Both the position numbers and the translations under genes were made by a program. This document shows, piece after piece, positions 1 to 8,569 of a stretch of 64,000 nucleotides of DNA. Position 1 is the first letter of the stretch; every line of letters begins with the position of its first letter. The DNA is taken from the IMG/VR virus record IMGVR_UViG_3300042519_004024, positions 1 through 64,000 of that record; one strand, written 5' to 3'. Below the pieces are notes generated by a model. It had not been told where the DNA came from. It saw only the letters and a program-made list of their open reading frames with translations, and did not search any database.

Positions 1-462
1 TTATCCAAAATATTTTTCCAATTTTGATTTATCATGGTCAGATAAAGAATCCCACCATTCATCAACTTCAATTTCACTTAAATGCATATTATCATCAAGT
101 GTGATTCCAGAATCCACACAAATTTCTGTACCAACACTTTCTAAATCGATGGTATCATAACAATCATTATAATCATCATAATTATTATACCCAAATTCAA
201 TAAAATATGGACTTGAAAGATACTCTGAATCATTTTGTAACATCCGTCTAATTGATCCGGGATAATCGTATCTACCGTACCCCCAACCGTTAAAATCATA
301 GTTTCTTAAAGTCAAAGGAATATCTTCAACGGTTTTGACTATAAGTATATCTTCATCTAAACCAATAATTTTAAATGTTAAATCAATACCATATTTGTTC
401 TTAACACTTTCACGAGTAAGAGTGTTAAATAATTTTTCAAGAGTATTAATATTAAAATCCAT
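1..462 (-). CDS. hypothetical acidic protein
   Basis: ORF track 1..573; start moved to MDFNINTL (ATG at 462), 1 nt from the stop of the 464..889 gene. Confidence 0.65.
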   Translation of the reverse strand: MDFNINTLEKLFNTLTRESVKNKYGIDLTFKIIGLDEDILIVKTVEDIPLTLRNYDFNGWGYGRYDYPGSIRRMLQNDSEYLSSPYFIEFGYNNYDDYNDCYDTIDLESVGTEICVDSGITLDDNMHLSEIEVDEWWDSLSDHDKSKLEKYFG

Positions 463-463
463 A

Positions 464-889
464 TTAATTAAATTTAAATCTTTTTTTCTTTTTAATATTA
501 TATGCAAAACGTGTATACCCAAAAGAAACCTCAGAATCCTTAGAATCATCGTAGTTGTAGTCAATACAATCACATTTTACACCCAAATAATCATATACAT
601 AATCAACCATAACTTCAGAAAATATTTTACGTCTAAAGTGGGGAATATATTTTATTAAATCTTCAACAAAATCACTGCTCAATGACAAATCATTTTTACA
701 ACCAGGACTTTTACCTGATTTTTTTCCATAAAAAATTGTCATTATATCACTCCCATTAGAATCATTAATGTCAACCCATTGCTTATTATTACGATCAGAC
801 TCACCAAATGAAAGTTTACCACCTGTGATGGTATCAAGTAAAGTATAAACAAGAAGTTTATATTGTTTTTTTGTGATAATGATTTTCAT
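464..889 (-). CDS. leader-bearing protein (MKIIITxxQY class), unknown function
   Basis: N-terminus MKIIITKKQYKLL; TATTTAT 5 nt upstream (895-901). Confidence 0.8.
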   Translation of the reverse strand: MKIIITKKQYKLLVYTLLDTITGGKLSFGESDRNNKQWVDINDSNGSDIMTIFYGKKSGKSPGCKNDLSLSSDFVEDLIKYIPHFRRKIFSEVMVDYVYDYLGVKCDCIDYNYDDSKDSEVSFGYTRFAYNIKKKKRFKFN

Positions 890-907
890 ATAAGATAAAT
901 ATTACCC

Positions 908-1354
908 CTATAAATAAATTTCACCGTATTTGCGATACATTCCTGAATCTTTATACATTGAAATTTTTTCTGAATATAAATCAGGAAATAGATTAATAAG
1001 TCCTTTTATTAAATCAATATTATAGACGTTATATAATGCATACGCATCTTCACCAAATCTATGTTTAAGATAATCATCAAACACAACTGCACCGACAAAC
1101 CCTGATTTTCTAATAAGTGTTAAACCACGATCCATTAAAAGAATATCACCACCCCTTCTTTCTAAATGTAAATCATCATAATGACTAATAAGATATGAAA
1201 CTATATTTTCTTTATTATTTCCGATGATATCAAGCAAGTTTCCAACCCCACCAACAAGTTCGGCGGTTTCATTCCACCCATCTTGTTCAATTCTATCAAG
1301 AAGTGTGTTATCTAAAGTTTCTTCCTTTAATATTTTTTTAATTAAATTTTTCAT
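908..1354 (-). CDS. leader-bearing protein (MKxLIKKILKEE class) with 'G..T..LVGG..NL' module
   Basis: MKNLIKKILKEE; TATTTAT at 1368-1374. Confidence 0.8.
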   Translation of the reverse strand: MKNLIKKILKEETLDNTLLDRIEQDGWNETAELVGGVGNLLDIIGNNKENIVSYLISHYDDLHLERRGGDILLMDRGLTLIRKSGFVGAVVFDDYLKHRFGEDAYALYNVYNIDLIKGLINLFPDLYSEKISMYKDSGMYRKYGEIYL

Positions 1355-1384
1355 ATAGTCTACTTTAATAAATATATCAAAATA

Positions 1385-1410
1385 AAAAACCCCACTTGAT
1401 AGGGTGGGGG
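1385..1410 (-). terminator. intrinsic terminator
   Basis: CCCCAC/GTGGGG stem followed by a T-run on the minus strand, downstream of 1420..1671. Confidence 0.75.
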
Positions 1411-1419
1411 ATGTATAAT

Positions 1420-1671
1420 TTAAATTTTAGAATCAATTTGTTGAATAACGTCTTTTAGTTTACGAACAAGTCTTCGAATGTTATCCACCTCGTCACCCAT
1501 TTTTTTATAATCTCCTTTTCTTTGTAATGCACCATAGTCATCCATAGATGCTGTTAATCTTCGTGTCACACTTCTTAGTTCATCTTTAACACCTTCTAAA
1601 GACGGGGTATTCTCATTTAACACTTTTTTTACAATTCTTGTAACGTCGTTTTCTGTTATTCTAGTTCTCAT
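1420..1671 (-). CDS. leader-bearing small coiled-coil protein (LTE..RIVK class)
   Basis: MRTRITENDVTRIVKKVLNE; TATTTAT 5 nt upstream. Confidence 0.8.
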   Translation of the reverse strand: MRTRITENDVTRIVKKVLNENTPSLEGVKDELRSVTRRLTASMDDYGALQRKGDYKKMGDEVDNIRRLVRKLKDVIQQIDSKI

Positions 1672-1688
1672 AGTTTATAAATATACGT

Positions 1689-2087
1689 TTATATATAAAT
1701 TTTACCAATAGAGTTTATTTCAATCCCGTGACGATCAAACAACCAATCTTTAATTACATTTCTTGCTCCGTCCTTATCAAGTTTAAATCCAAAACGTAAA
1801 AAATCTGAAAGTTCACTATTAACCTCAACTATTTCAATATCTCGTGTAAATTGCAAAAACAATTTATTCTCATGATTACCAAAATAGTCACCATATTTTC
1901 CATTAACCCTTTTTGTCACCAATAAATCCATAAATTGTATGGGATCATTATCAAATGCCAATTGTGCCAAGGTTTCAGGATCACCAACCAAAGGGTACGT
2001 ACTTTCCCAACCATCCAAATTAACCATACGTTTTAAATCAGATTTAATATTTTCTTCTTTTAATATTTTTTTAATTATATGTTTCAT
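1689..2087 (-). CDS. leader-bearing protein, related to 908..1354
   Basis: MKHIIKKILKEE then DGWESTYPLVG, similar to DGWNETAELVGG. Confidence 0.8.
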   Translation of the reverse strand: MKHIIKKILKEENIKSDLKRMVNLDGWESTYPLVGDPETLAQLAFDNDPIQFMDLLVTKRVNGKYGDYFGNHENKLFLQFTRDIEIVEVNSELSDFLRFGFKLDKDGARNVIKDWLFDRHGIEINSIGKIYI

Positions 2088-2090
2088 TTT

Positions 2091-2564
2091 TTACTTGGTA
2101 CACCAAGGTCTGTTTTTTATGTTTAAAGGTTTACCGGTTCTATCCATACCTTTTCTAAAATATTCACATCTTATATCAGTGTAGTAATCTTGGATTTGAT
2201 TTTTATTAATACCAATTTGATCATACTCACCAAAAAAATCTTTAAAAGGACCATTTACAATTTCATCCTTAACTGAATTAATAGAATCAACTTGATTATT
2301 CTCCTCGTCGGATCCAACCAAAATACTTTCGATTTTTGTTTTATAGTAAGGACCCAACTTTTTAACGGTTTCAGGGCTAATCTCCTTATTTAATTCCTTA
2401 TCGATAACTTTACCATCTATAATTGTATAGTAATCCAATACCTTTTCAATTTGATTTTTAATGTCAGTTATTTTTTGTATCCCCTTTATTTCCGTATCTT
2501 CAGCAATGATACGTTTAACAACACGGATTAATTCTGATTCTGTTAATCTTATAATTTTTTTCAT
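2091..2564 (-). CDS. leader-bearing protein, unknown function
   Basis: MKKIIRLTESELIRVVKRIIAE; TATTTAT 5 nt upstream (2570-2576). Confidence 0.8.
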   Translation of the reverse strand: MKKIIRLTESELIRVVKRIIAEDTEIKGIQKITDIKNQIEKVLDYYTIIDGKVIDKELNKEISPETVKKLGPYYKTKIESILVGSDEENNQVDSINSVKDEIVNGPFKDFFGEYDQIGINKNQIQDYYTDIRCEYFRKGMDRTGKPLNIKNRPWCTK

Positions 2565-2639
2565 ATACAATAAATACCCACAAATAAAAAAGAGGGTGGC
2601 TGGAGAAGATTAAGTGTAAAAAAAATTAGAAATAATGAT

Positions 2640-3329
2640 TTAACAAAGAATCGATTTTCCATTGTCATCCTTTGCGAGAAAATCATTTGTAAAATACATG
2701 TATGTATTATCAAATAAAAGAGGGTTATTTACAAGCTCTCTTGTAAAGGGTACCATTAAATCAAACTGATAATCCTGAAAACTATCGTTATAAAAAAGTT
2801 CACAAATAGCTGCAACATATTTGTCACTAAAGTCCTCCAATTCTTCACCTTTATAAACCACGTTAGACATTATACAATCATACCCAATGTATATATCTTC
2901 GCCACCTGAGGTGTCTATAGTAAAATCCACGAAATCAATATCGCAGTGAAATTGTTTATAGTTTATTTCAGAAATATTAAATAATATATCATCTAATTTT
3001 TTTCTATCATTACCATTAATGTACATCCCCCATTTTGGGAATATATCTGTTTGCAATTTACAAAGTCTTTTCCAATTGTGCCTATATAAATTGTATTCAC
3101 TGTTACTAACAAGTGTTGAGAATTCATTGATAATGTCGTGAATGTAATCAACAACAATAGTTTCGTTACAGGATATGTTTTTTTTATTTTCTAATTCCCA
3201 AAATATTTCATAACCATTTCTACCATCATATAAAACAGGTTTTAAAGTTAACCCATTAAAATCATAGGACTTCTCCAAAAATTGATTATAACAAATTTTT
3301 ATGATTTTATTTATTTCATTGTCATTCAT
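2640..3329 (-). CDS. hypothetical acidic protein
   Basis: 229 aa ORF; TATTTAT 4 nt upstream; no clear leader. Confidence 0.75.
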   Translation of the reverse strand: MNDNEINKIIKICYNQFLEKSYDFNGLTLKPVLYDGRNGYEIFWELENKKNISCNETIVVDYIHDIINEFSTLVSNSEYNLYRHNWKRLCKLQTDIFPKWGMYINGNDRKKLDDILFNISEINYKQFHCDIDFVDFTIDTSGGEDIYIGYDCIMSNVVYKGEELEDFSDKYVAAICELFYNDSFQDYQFDLMVPFTRELVNNPLLFDNTYMYFTNDFLAKDDNGKSILC

Positions 3330-3403
3330 ATAGATAAATATAACATAATAAAAACCCCCAATCTTATTAGGAATGGGGTAACTTATAGTTTTAATTATTT
3401 TTA

Positions 3404-4021
3404 CTAATTCATTTGTTGCAATTTTTCAACAATATAATTAAAAACTTCTTCACCACTTTTCCCATCTTGTACATGTAATTTTGATTGTACAAAAACTCCA
3501 TTGGCTAACCCCCTGTCACCCTCAAATGAATATACCTCACCAAATCCATTATCATCATCACTAATATATAATTCAAAAATTCCATTCATGGTTTCTTTAA
3601 CACTAATAAAAACACCGTTCTCATTTGTCTTTTTGTGAAATAGTTCTTCTTGTTCTTTAATAACACGTTTAAAAATTTCCATTTCATTTAATTTGTTATA
3701 TTCTGTATTTTCTAATTCTAACATAGATTCTTCATAACAATCAGAAATTTTTTCATAATCATCTGATGATATTAATTTTTTTCTCAAGTATCTACTTGCG
3801 GTATTCATGTAATCATCCAGTATTTGAATAATTTTTTCTTTGGTTATCATTCCACTTGGAAAATCGGCATGTACAAGGTATTCCATATTTCTACACAAAT
3901 CATAAGGTATCAACTCATTTTCCGAATCAAATTCTTCGTCATCAGAAAATCTCATCTCACTAATGGTTCGTTTAACAATACGAGTTAAATCAGATTCTGT
4001 AAGTCTTATTATTCTTTTCAT
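3404..4021 (-). CDS. leader-bearing two-module protein
   Basis: MKRIIRLTESDLTRIVKRTISE; internal leader-like LNE..FKRVIKEQ. Confidence 0.8.
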   Translation of the reverse strand: MKRIIRLTESDLTRIVKRTISEMRFSDDEEFDSENELIPYDLCRNMEYLVHADFPSGMITKEKIIQILDDYMNTASRYLRKKLISSDDYEKISDCYEESMLELENTEYNKLNEMEIFKRVIKEQEELFHKKTNENGVFISVKETMNGIFELYISDDDNGFGEVYSFEGDRGLANGVFVQSKLHVQDGKSGEEVFNYIVEKLQQMN

Positions 4022-4099
4022 AATTATTTTTATTTATAAATATGATGACACACCAAAAAGGAAGGGGGCGGGGGGATGGTTCGGTGTAAAAAAAATTTT

Positions 4100-4357
4100 T
4101 TATTTTACATCATCATTTACACCCAAATCACTAAATGAATCGGGATTAATAAATTCAGATTCCAAATGTGAAATAACATCCCGCATTGCCTTTGCCTGAA
4201 GTTCAGGTGTCTTCTCCCCACGTATGGATAATGCAACACCCCCAACAAGAATAGAACGAATATCTTCCATATACAATCCCTTATCTGCCATTATATCAAA
4301 ATAGAATCTCCCGTCTTTAACAGTCACGGAAACTCCAACAAACATTTTATCACCCAT
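4100..4357 (-). CDS. hypothetical protein
   Basis: start moved to MGDKMFV, just after the stop of 4362..4658. Confidence 0.55.
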   Translation of the reverse strand: MGDKMFVGVSVTVKDGRFYFDIMADKGLYMEDIRSILVGGVALSIRGEKTPELQAKAMRDVISHLESEFINPDSFSDLGVNDDVK

Positions 4358-4361
4358 ATGA

Positions 4362-4658
4362 TTAAGAATAAATTTTAGAGATAACTTCCTTACATAATTC
4401 AAACCCCTTATAGAAGTCCTTATCCTTTTCTGATACATCGCTAACATATCTGGCAGAGTGGGTAAACCCAAGGGTGTATTTAGAAAGAAGGTGGTTAAAC
4501 GATCCGTCAGAGTTCATTACCTCCACAGTAAGTCCTGAAGACCCGTTTCTACATTCATACAAAATCTTAAATTTCTTTTCAAACATGGATATAATCTTTG
4601 TTCCAAAGTAATCGCTACTGTTAACGTGTTTTGATTCAAATAATATTTTACATTTCAT
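4362..4658 (-). CDS. hypothetical protein
   Basis: 98 aa ORF in the track. Confidence 0.55.
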   Translation of the reverse strand: MKCKILFESKHVNSSDYFGTKIISMFEKKFKILYECRNGSSGLTVEVMNSDGSFNHLLSKYTLGFTHSARYVSDVSEKDKDFYKGFELCKEVISKIYS

Positions 4659-4682
4659 ATAATAAATTTTTTAAGATGTTAA

Positions 4683-4856
4683 CTATTTCAATTTTTGACT
4701 AAATCCCCTACTTGTAAAGTAAATAAAAAGTATTATACAGGACATTCCAATGTTTGTTGAGATATGAACAAACTTTCCGTTGGTATAATAACAAATTACA
4801 TTACACAATAAAAGAAAAAGTAATGAGAAGAATAAATCGAATTGATACCGTGTCAT
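4683..4856 (-). CDS. small membrane protein (57 aa)
   Basis: translated by hand: MTRYQFDLFFSLLFLLLCNVIC...; two hydrophobic stretches; host-type promoter upstream. Confidence 0.55.
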   Translation of the reverse strand: MTRYQFDLFFSLLFLLLCNVICYYTNGKFVHISTNIGMSCIILFIYFTSRGFSQKLK

Positions 4857-4881
4857 AATAGTTGATATTTAATGTTGAATA

Positions 4882-4913
4882 CAAAGATAATATAATAGTT
4901 GGGATTTACCAAA
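4882..4913 (-). promoter_or_regulatory. Bacteroidota-type sigma promoter (TTTG-N20-TATCTTTG)
   Basis: matches the established -33 TTTG / -7 TAnnTTTG consensus. Confidence 0.75.
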
Positions 4914-4983
4914 AATTTTATGGAAATTTTTTTTGAGATTTGGGGGTATAAAAGATGTGAAAAGTTTTTAGGGGGAAATAATA

Positions 4984-5316
4984 TTATACAGGGTTTACAT
5001 CTAATGTCCAAACAGCAGTATACGTATAATCTTTCATTGGAAAAAACATATCCATTATAAAATCAATCTCTCCTACTAATTCTGAAAAATCACTTGTTGT
5101 TACAATATCATCTTCATCAGAAATATAAATTGTAATTTTAATTTCTGGAGTTGGGATTAAATTTGAATTAAACCAAGTACCCATTTCAAAATCAACGTCT
5201 TTAAACCAATCTACATCAGAAAAGTATTCTATAATAAAGTTCTTTAATACTTTAATTACTTTACGAAACTCTGTCTCGGTTTCTTCTTTGAGTATACGTT
5301 TAATAAGATGTTTCAT
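4984..5316 (-). CDS. leader-bearing protein
   Basis: MKHLIKRILKEE; TATTTAT 6 nt upstream. Confidence 0.8.
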   Translation of the reverse strand: MKHLIKRILKEETETEFRKVIKVLKNFIIEYFSDVDWFKDVDFEMGTWFNSNLIPTPEIKITIYISDEDDIVTTSDFSELVGEIDFIMDMFFPMKDYTYTAVWTLDVNPV

Positions 5317-5339
5317 ATAAGAATAAATATAAGGGGAAA

Positions 5340-5369
5340 TAAAAAACCCCTCTGTTGGGAGGGGGGGTT
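5340..5369 (-). terminator. intrinsic terminator
   Basis: C-run/G-run hairpin with T-tract on the minus strand, after 5376..5792. Confidence 0.65.
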
Positions 5370-5375
5370 AAACTA

Positions 5376-5792
5376 TCAATTGTTTTTTATATTTTTTTCC
5401 ATCCATATAAAGACCGTTTCAGTCAATGCGGAGGATAAATCACTAACATCAATATTTCTTCCATCAAGACTCAAAAAGGAATCAATATGTTCATTGTAAA
5501 TTGATGCATCCATGTTAATGTATTTTCCGTATTTTTGAATAAACTCATTTTGATAATCTGAAATCATTTTTGGTAAATTCATGTTTTTAATACAATTAGC
5601 AAACTCATTTTCAATATCCAAATTCAAGTCCCAATATAAATCATTAGCATACTCATCGGCCTCAACATAAGACTCAATAAATGATTCCTCATCTTCAAAT
5701 CCAAAACCTTCCCAATGGTTTTCATTTTCTTTAACCACCCGTTTAACAATACGTGTTAAATCTGATTCTGTAAGTTTTATAGTTCTTTTCAT
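5376..5792 (-). CDS. leader-bearing acidic protein
   Basis: start moved to MKRTIKLTESDLTRIVKRVVKE; TATTTAT at 5810-5816. Confidence 0.8.
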   Translation of the reverse strand: MKRTIKLTESDLTRIVKRVVKENENHWEGFGFEDEESFIESYVEADEYANDLYWDLNLDIENEFANCIKNMNLPKMISDYQNEFIQKYGKYINMDASIYNEHIDSFLSLDGRNIDVSDLSSALTETVFIWMEKNIKNN

Positions 5793-5913
5793 AATATAAT
5801 GTTTTATACATAAATACCCCGATTTTTCATAAAATTTTTCCAGAATTTTTTTTAATATCATAGGGACTTTTTTCTTATGAATACTTTGCAAAGGGGACTG
5901 TCCCCCCTTTTTA

Positions 5914-6043
5914 CCCCTGACAATGTGTCATATCGGAGGGGGGATACGGGGGAGGGGGCCCCAAATATATAGGGGGGTGGGGTATGCCAAAGTATAGAGG
6001 GGGGTATATAGTCCCCGTCATTTATTAACAGTCAATGTGTCAT
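5914..6043. repeat. G-rich island bracketed by an 11-bp direct repeat (CAATGTGTCAT)
   Basis: six runs of 4 or more G between 5938 and 6004; repeat copies at 5921-5931 and 6033-6043. Confidence 0.8.
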
Positions 6044-6099
6044 GTTAATAACTCTCTAAAAATATATGGGGGAATGTTTTGTAGTCTCATATATAATCC

Positions 6100-6246
6100 G
6101 TACCTTTATGATTGTCAGTGGTTCAGTCCGAGACGGGTCAGGGAAACAAGTTCTTCTCTAAGAGGGTGGACTCCAACCTGCCTTATAGTTTACAAAAGTT
6201 GGGACGTGTTGGAGTCTACTCGGTCCCCATCGTTAGTGACAGTTAC
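6100..6246 (-). ncRNA. candidate structured non-coding RNA, family unknown
   Basis: GC-enriched, with nested stems (9-bp GACUCCAAC/GUUGGAGUC; CCGAG/CUCGG; UGUCA/UGACA), downstream of a host-type promoter; boundaries approximate. Confidence 0.4.
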
Positions 6247-6250
6247 AGAG

Positions 6251-6282
6251 CTAAGGTACGAAAAAGATTTGACATATACAAA
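6251..6282 (-). promoter_or_regulatory. Bacteroidota-type promoter variant (TTTG-N20-TACCTTAG)
   Basis: same 20-nt spacing as six other sites; one mismatch in the -7 box. Confidence 0.55.
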
Positions 6283-6568
6283 CTTGACTGATAAGATATT
6301 TATCATTATTAATTATCATTGTATGAAAGAGGATGTTGTTACTTTATTTATGTGTATGTTATCCCTATTCATATCTTACTTAATAGTTTACATATCTAAC
6401 CATGATGACAATCGTTAATTATCTTCTTATCTCTCTTGGGATTATCTTCTCCCTCTTTTGGGTTGTGATGTTGTACTGTGTGTTCATAGTTGAATACATG
6501 AAAGGATCCAAACAATACTATTGGATTATAAAACATATCCTTACAGACGAGGACTTAGAACCTCTTGA

Positions 6569-6892
6569 TTAATCTTCCCCTCCGAAGAACTTATCTATAT
6601 GTGACATTGCCATATCGATGATTACTTTTCTAACCGTTGGGAAGTCATCCTCAGATAGATTGTAGTATGTGTTTAGAAATGTTAACACGTCAGTCATATC
6701 TGCATCCACTATAACAAACTGTTTTTTATTCATGATGGGTTTCTTACTCCATGACTTCTTAGCAAACTCAAAAAATACAACCCCATCTTCCACTAAGTTG
6801 TTCTTATGTTTGAATAAACATTTGATTCCCTGTTTATCTTCTACTACCTTGGGGATGAATTCTTCCTTTAAAAACTTCTCTACTCCTTCCAT
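6569..6892 (-). CDS. hypothetical protein
   Basis: 107 aa ORF with phage-like composition. Confidence 0.7.
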   Translation of the reverse strand: MEGVEKFLKEEFIPKVVEDKQGIKCLFKHKNNLVEDGVVFFEFAKKSWSKKPIMNKKQFVIVDADMTDVLTFLNTYYNLSEDDFPTVRKVIIDMAMSHIDKFFGGED

Positions 6893-6965
6893 ATTCCTTA
6901 ATGTTGTAACGGTTTACCATTAATTATATTAATGTTTTGTTGATAAATAAATACTAAATTGGTGT

Positions 6966-7616
6966 CTGACAGTATGTCAGGGGGAATGTTGATAACTTTT
7001 TTTTAAAAAAATATGTCATTTTATTTGTTTTTGTCAAAATGTCAGTCGAGCTTCACACAGGGGACAATCCTTTTTACCACTTTTCCCCACCATATTATTC
7101 CACTATTTACCACCATAATCCTTGCTGGTTATAGCTGTACCCTAAAAAATCCCCTCTGTAGGTATCTGTAGACGTATTTTTTTTACTATATACATTTTCC
7201 AGCTAATTAATGTATTAACTATGTAGTTAGCGCGGAGACGAAGTCCTTAAGTATTTCCAACGAATGGAACATGTAAATGTGACATATAATATACCCCAAC
7301 GTATAAAGGATCACTTAGATAAGATATTATAATAGTGGGAAAACGTGGGACAATTTAAAGGAATATGGTACATATAAAATAAACGTGTCCCTTTCTGTCC
7401 CACGTTATATGGTTCGTTTATATAATACTTTATTGTTCACCATACACTATTGTTCAGTTACACTGAACATCCCCTTTTAGTGAACACCTCATCAGTATAG
7501 TATAAGAAACATACATATACATCTTATATAGATTATCCATATAGATAATGGGGGACAGTTTATTAAACCCACTGAATGGGGGGAATTTGTTTACAATAGA
7601 TAGTTTACTGTAAACT
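6966..7616. promoter_or_regulatory. palindrome-rich non-coding control region
   Basis: CTGACAGTATGTCAG (6966-6980); 11-bp inverted repeat 7342-7352/7396-7406; nested inverted repeat 7434-7486; AGTTTACTGTAAACT (7602-7616); no ORF of 60 aa or more between 6923 and 7856. Confidence 0.5.
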
Positions 7617-7855
7617 TATTAATGTGTATTATATTTTAGTGTTGTATGATTATTATATTTTAATGCTAAATGTAAATACTTTTTACAATTGTAAGGTATT
7701 TTGTTAATAGTATATTACATTATGATTTAAGATATGTCCTAAGAATTACCACATAACCTTTATAGAAATGTAAGAGTATAGGATTAAGTTATGAAACGAA
7801 TGTCGTAGTGAATGAAATGAACGGTAGAGATGAGTGAGTAAATTAAATCTATACT

Positions 7856-8569
7856 CTACACATTAATGATAAACCACTCACCATTAAAATCTTCTACTAA
7901 ACAAGTGGAGTTCTCACAAAAGTCTCCTGAGTTCATATAATCTTTATCTAACTTAGGGTGATGAATATGTCCACATACCGCAACATCATATCCCTTCTGT
8001 ATTGTTAGTTGTTTTGCGTTTGTTTCAAAATCAGATACAAAGTTAATTGCTCCCTTTACTGATTGTTTAATTGTGTTTGCTAATGAATGATATGGTAGAT
8101 TAAACTTTCTTCTTATGTAGTTGTATATTGTATTTAATCTTATAACAAAATCATAACTCCATCCACCTATTACCGCTAACCATCTTACTTTCATTATAAC
8201 AAAGTCTAATACATCCCCGTGAAAACAAAAATACTTTCTTCCGTCTAATCCTTTGTGTACATACTTTCTTACAATCTCTATGTTATTCATCTTAAACGGG
8301 ACGAATGGTTTTAAAAAATCGTCGTGATTTCCTCTTATGTATATTACCTTTGTTCCCTGTTCACTTCTTTTCATAAACCTTCTAAATATCTTTGAACAAT
8401 CCTTACTCCATTTACCTTTTGATTTCATTGCCCAACCATCTATTATGTCACCATTTAGAATTAATATATCTGATTCATTCTTCTCTAAGAATTGTAGTAT
8501 CTTAGTTGTTTGTGATTGTCTTGCTCCTAAGTGTAAATCACTCATTATAATTGTTCTCCACTTTTTCAT
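7856..8569 (-). CDS. PlcP/LpxH-like (COG2908-type) metallophosphoesterase
   Basis: motifs SDLHLG, NGDIIDGW, RGNHDD, FHGD, CGHIH, NSGD; ATGA overlap with the upstream glycosyltransferase. Confidence 0.85.
   Translation of the reverse strand: MKKWRTIIMSDLHLGARQSQTTKILQFLEKNESDILILNGDIIDGWAMKSKGKWSKDCSKIFRRFMKRSEQGTKVIYIRGNHDDFLKPFVPFKMNNIEIVRKYVHKGLDGRKYFCFHGDVLDFVIMKVRWLAVIGGWSYDFVIRLNTIYNYIRRKFNLPYHSLANTIKQSVKGAINFVSDFETNAKQLTIQKGYDVAVCGHIHHPKLDKDYMNSGDFCENSTCLVEDFNGEWFIINV

Noticed and set aside
4358-4471. Upstream extension of ORF 4100..4471
   Set aside because: It overlaps 4362..4658 by 110 nt; the Met at 4357 gives a clean 4-nt gap.
6035-6418. 127-aa + strand ORF across the control region
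   Set aside because: No promoter motif, odd composition, and it overlaps a minus-strand promoter and structured segment; probably spurious, though a short C-terminal membrane peptide cannot be excluded.
7073-7113. CCAC repeats as DnaA boxes
   Set aside because: At least two mismatches to TTWTNCACA in the copies I aligned.
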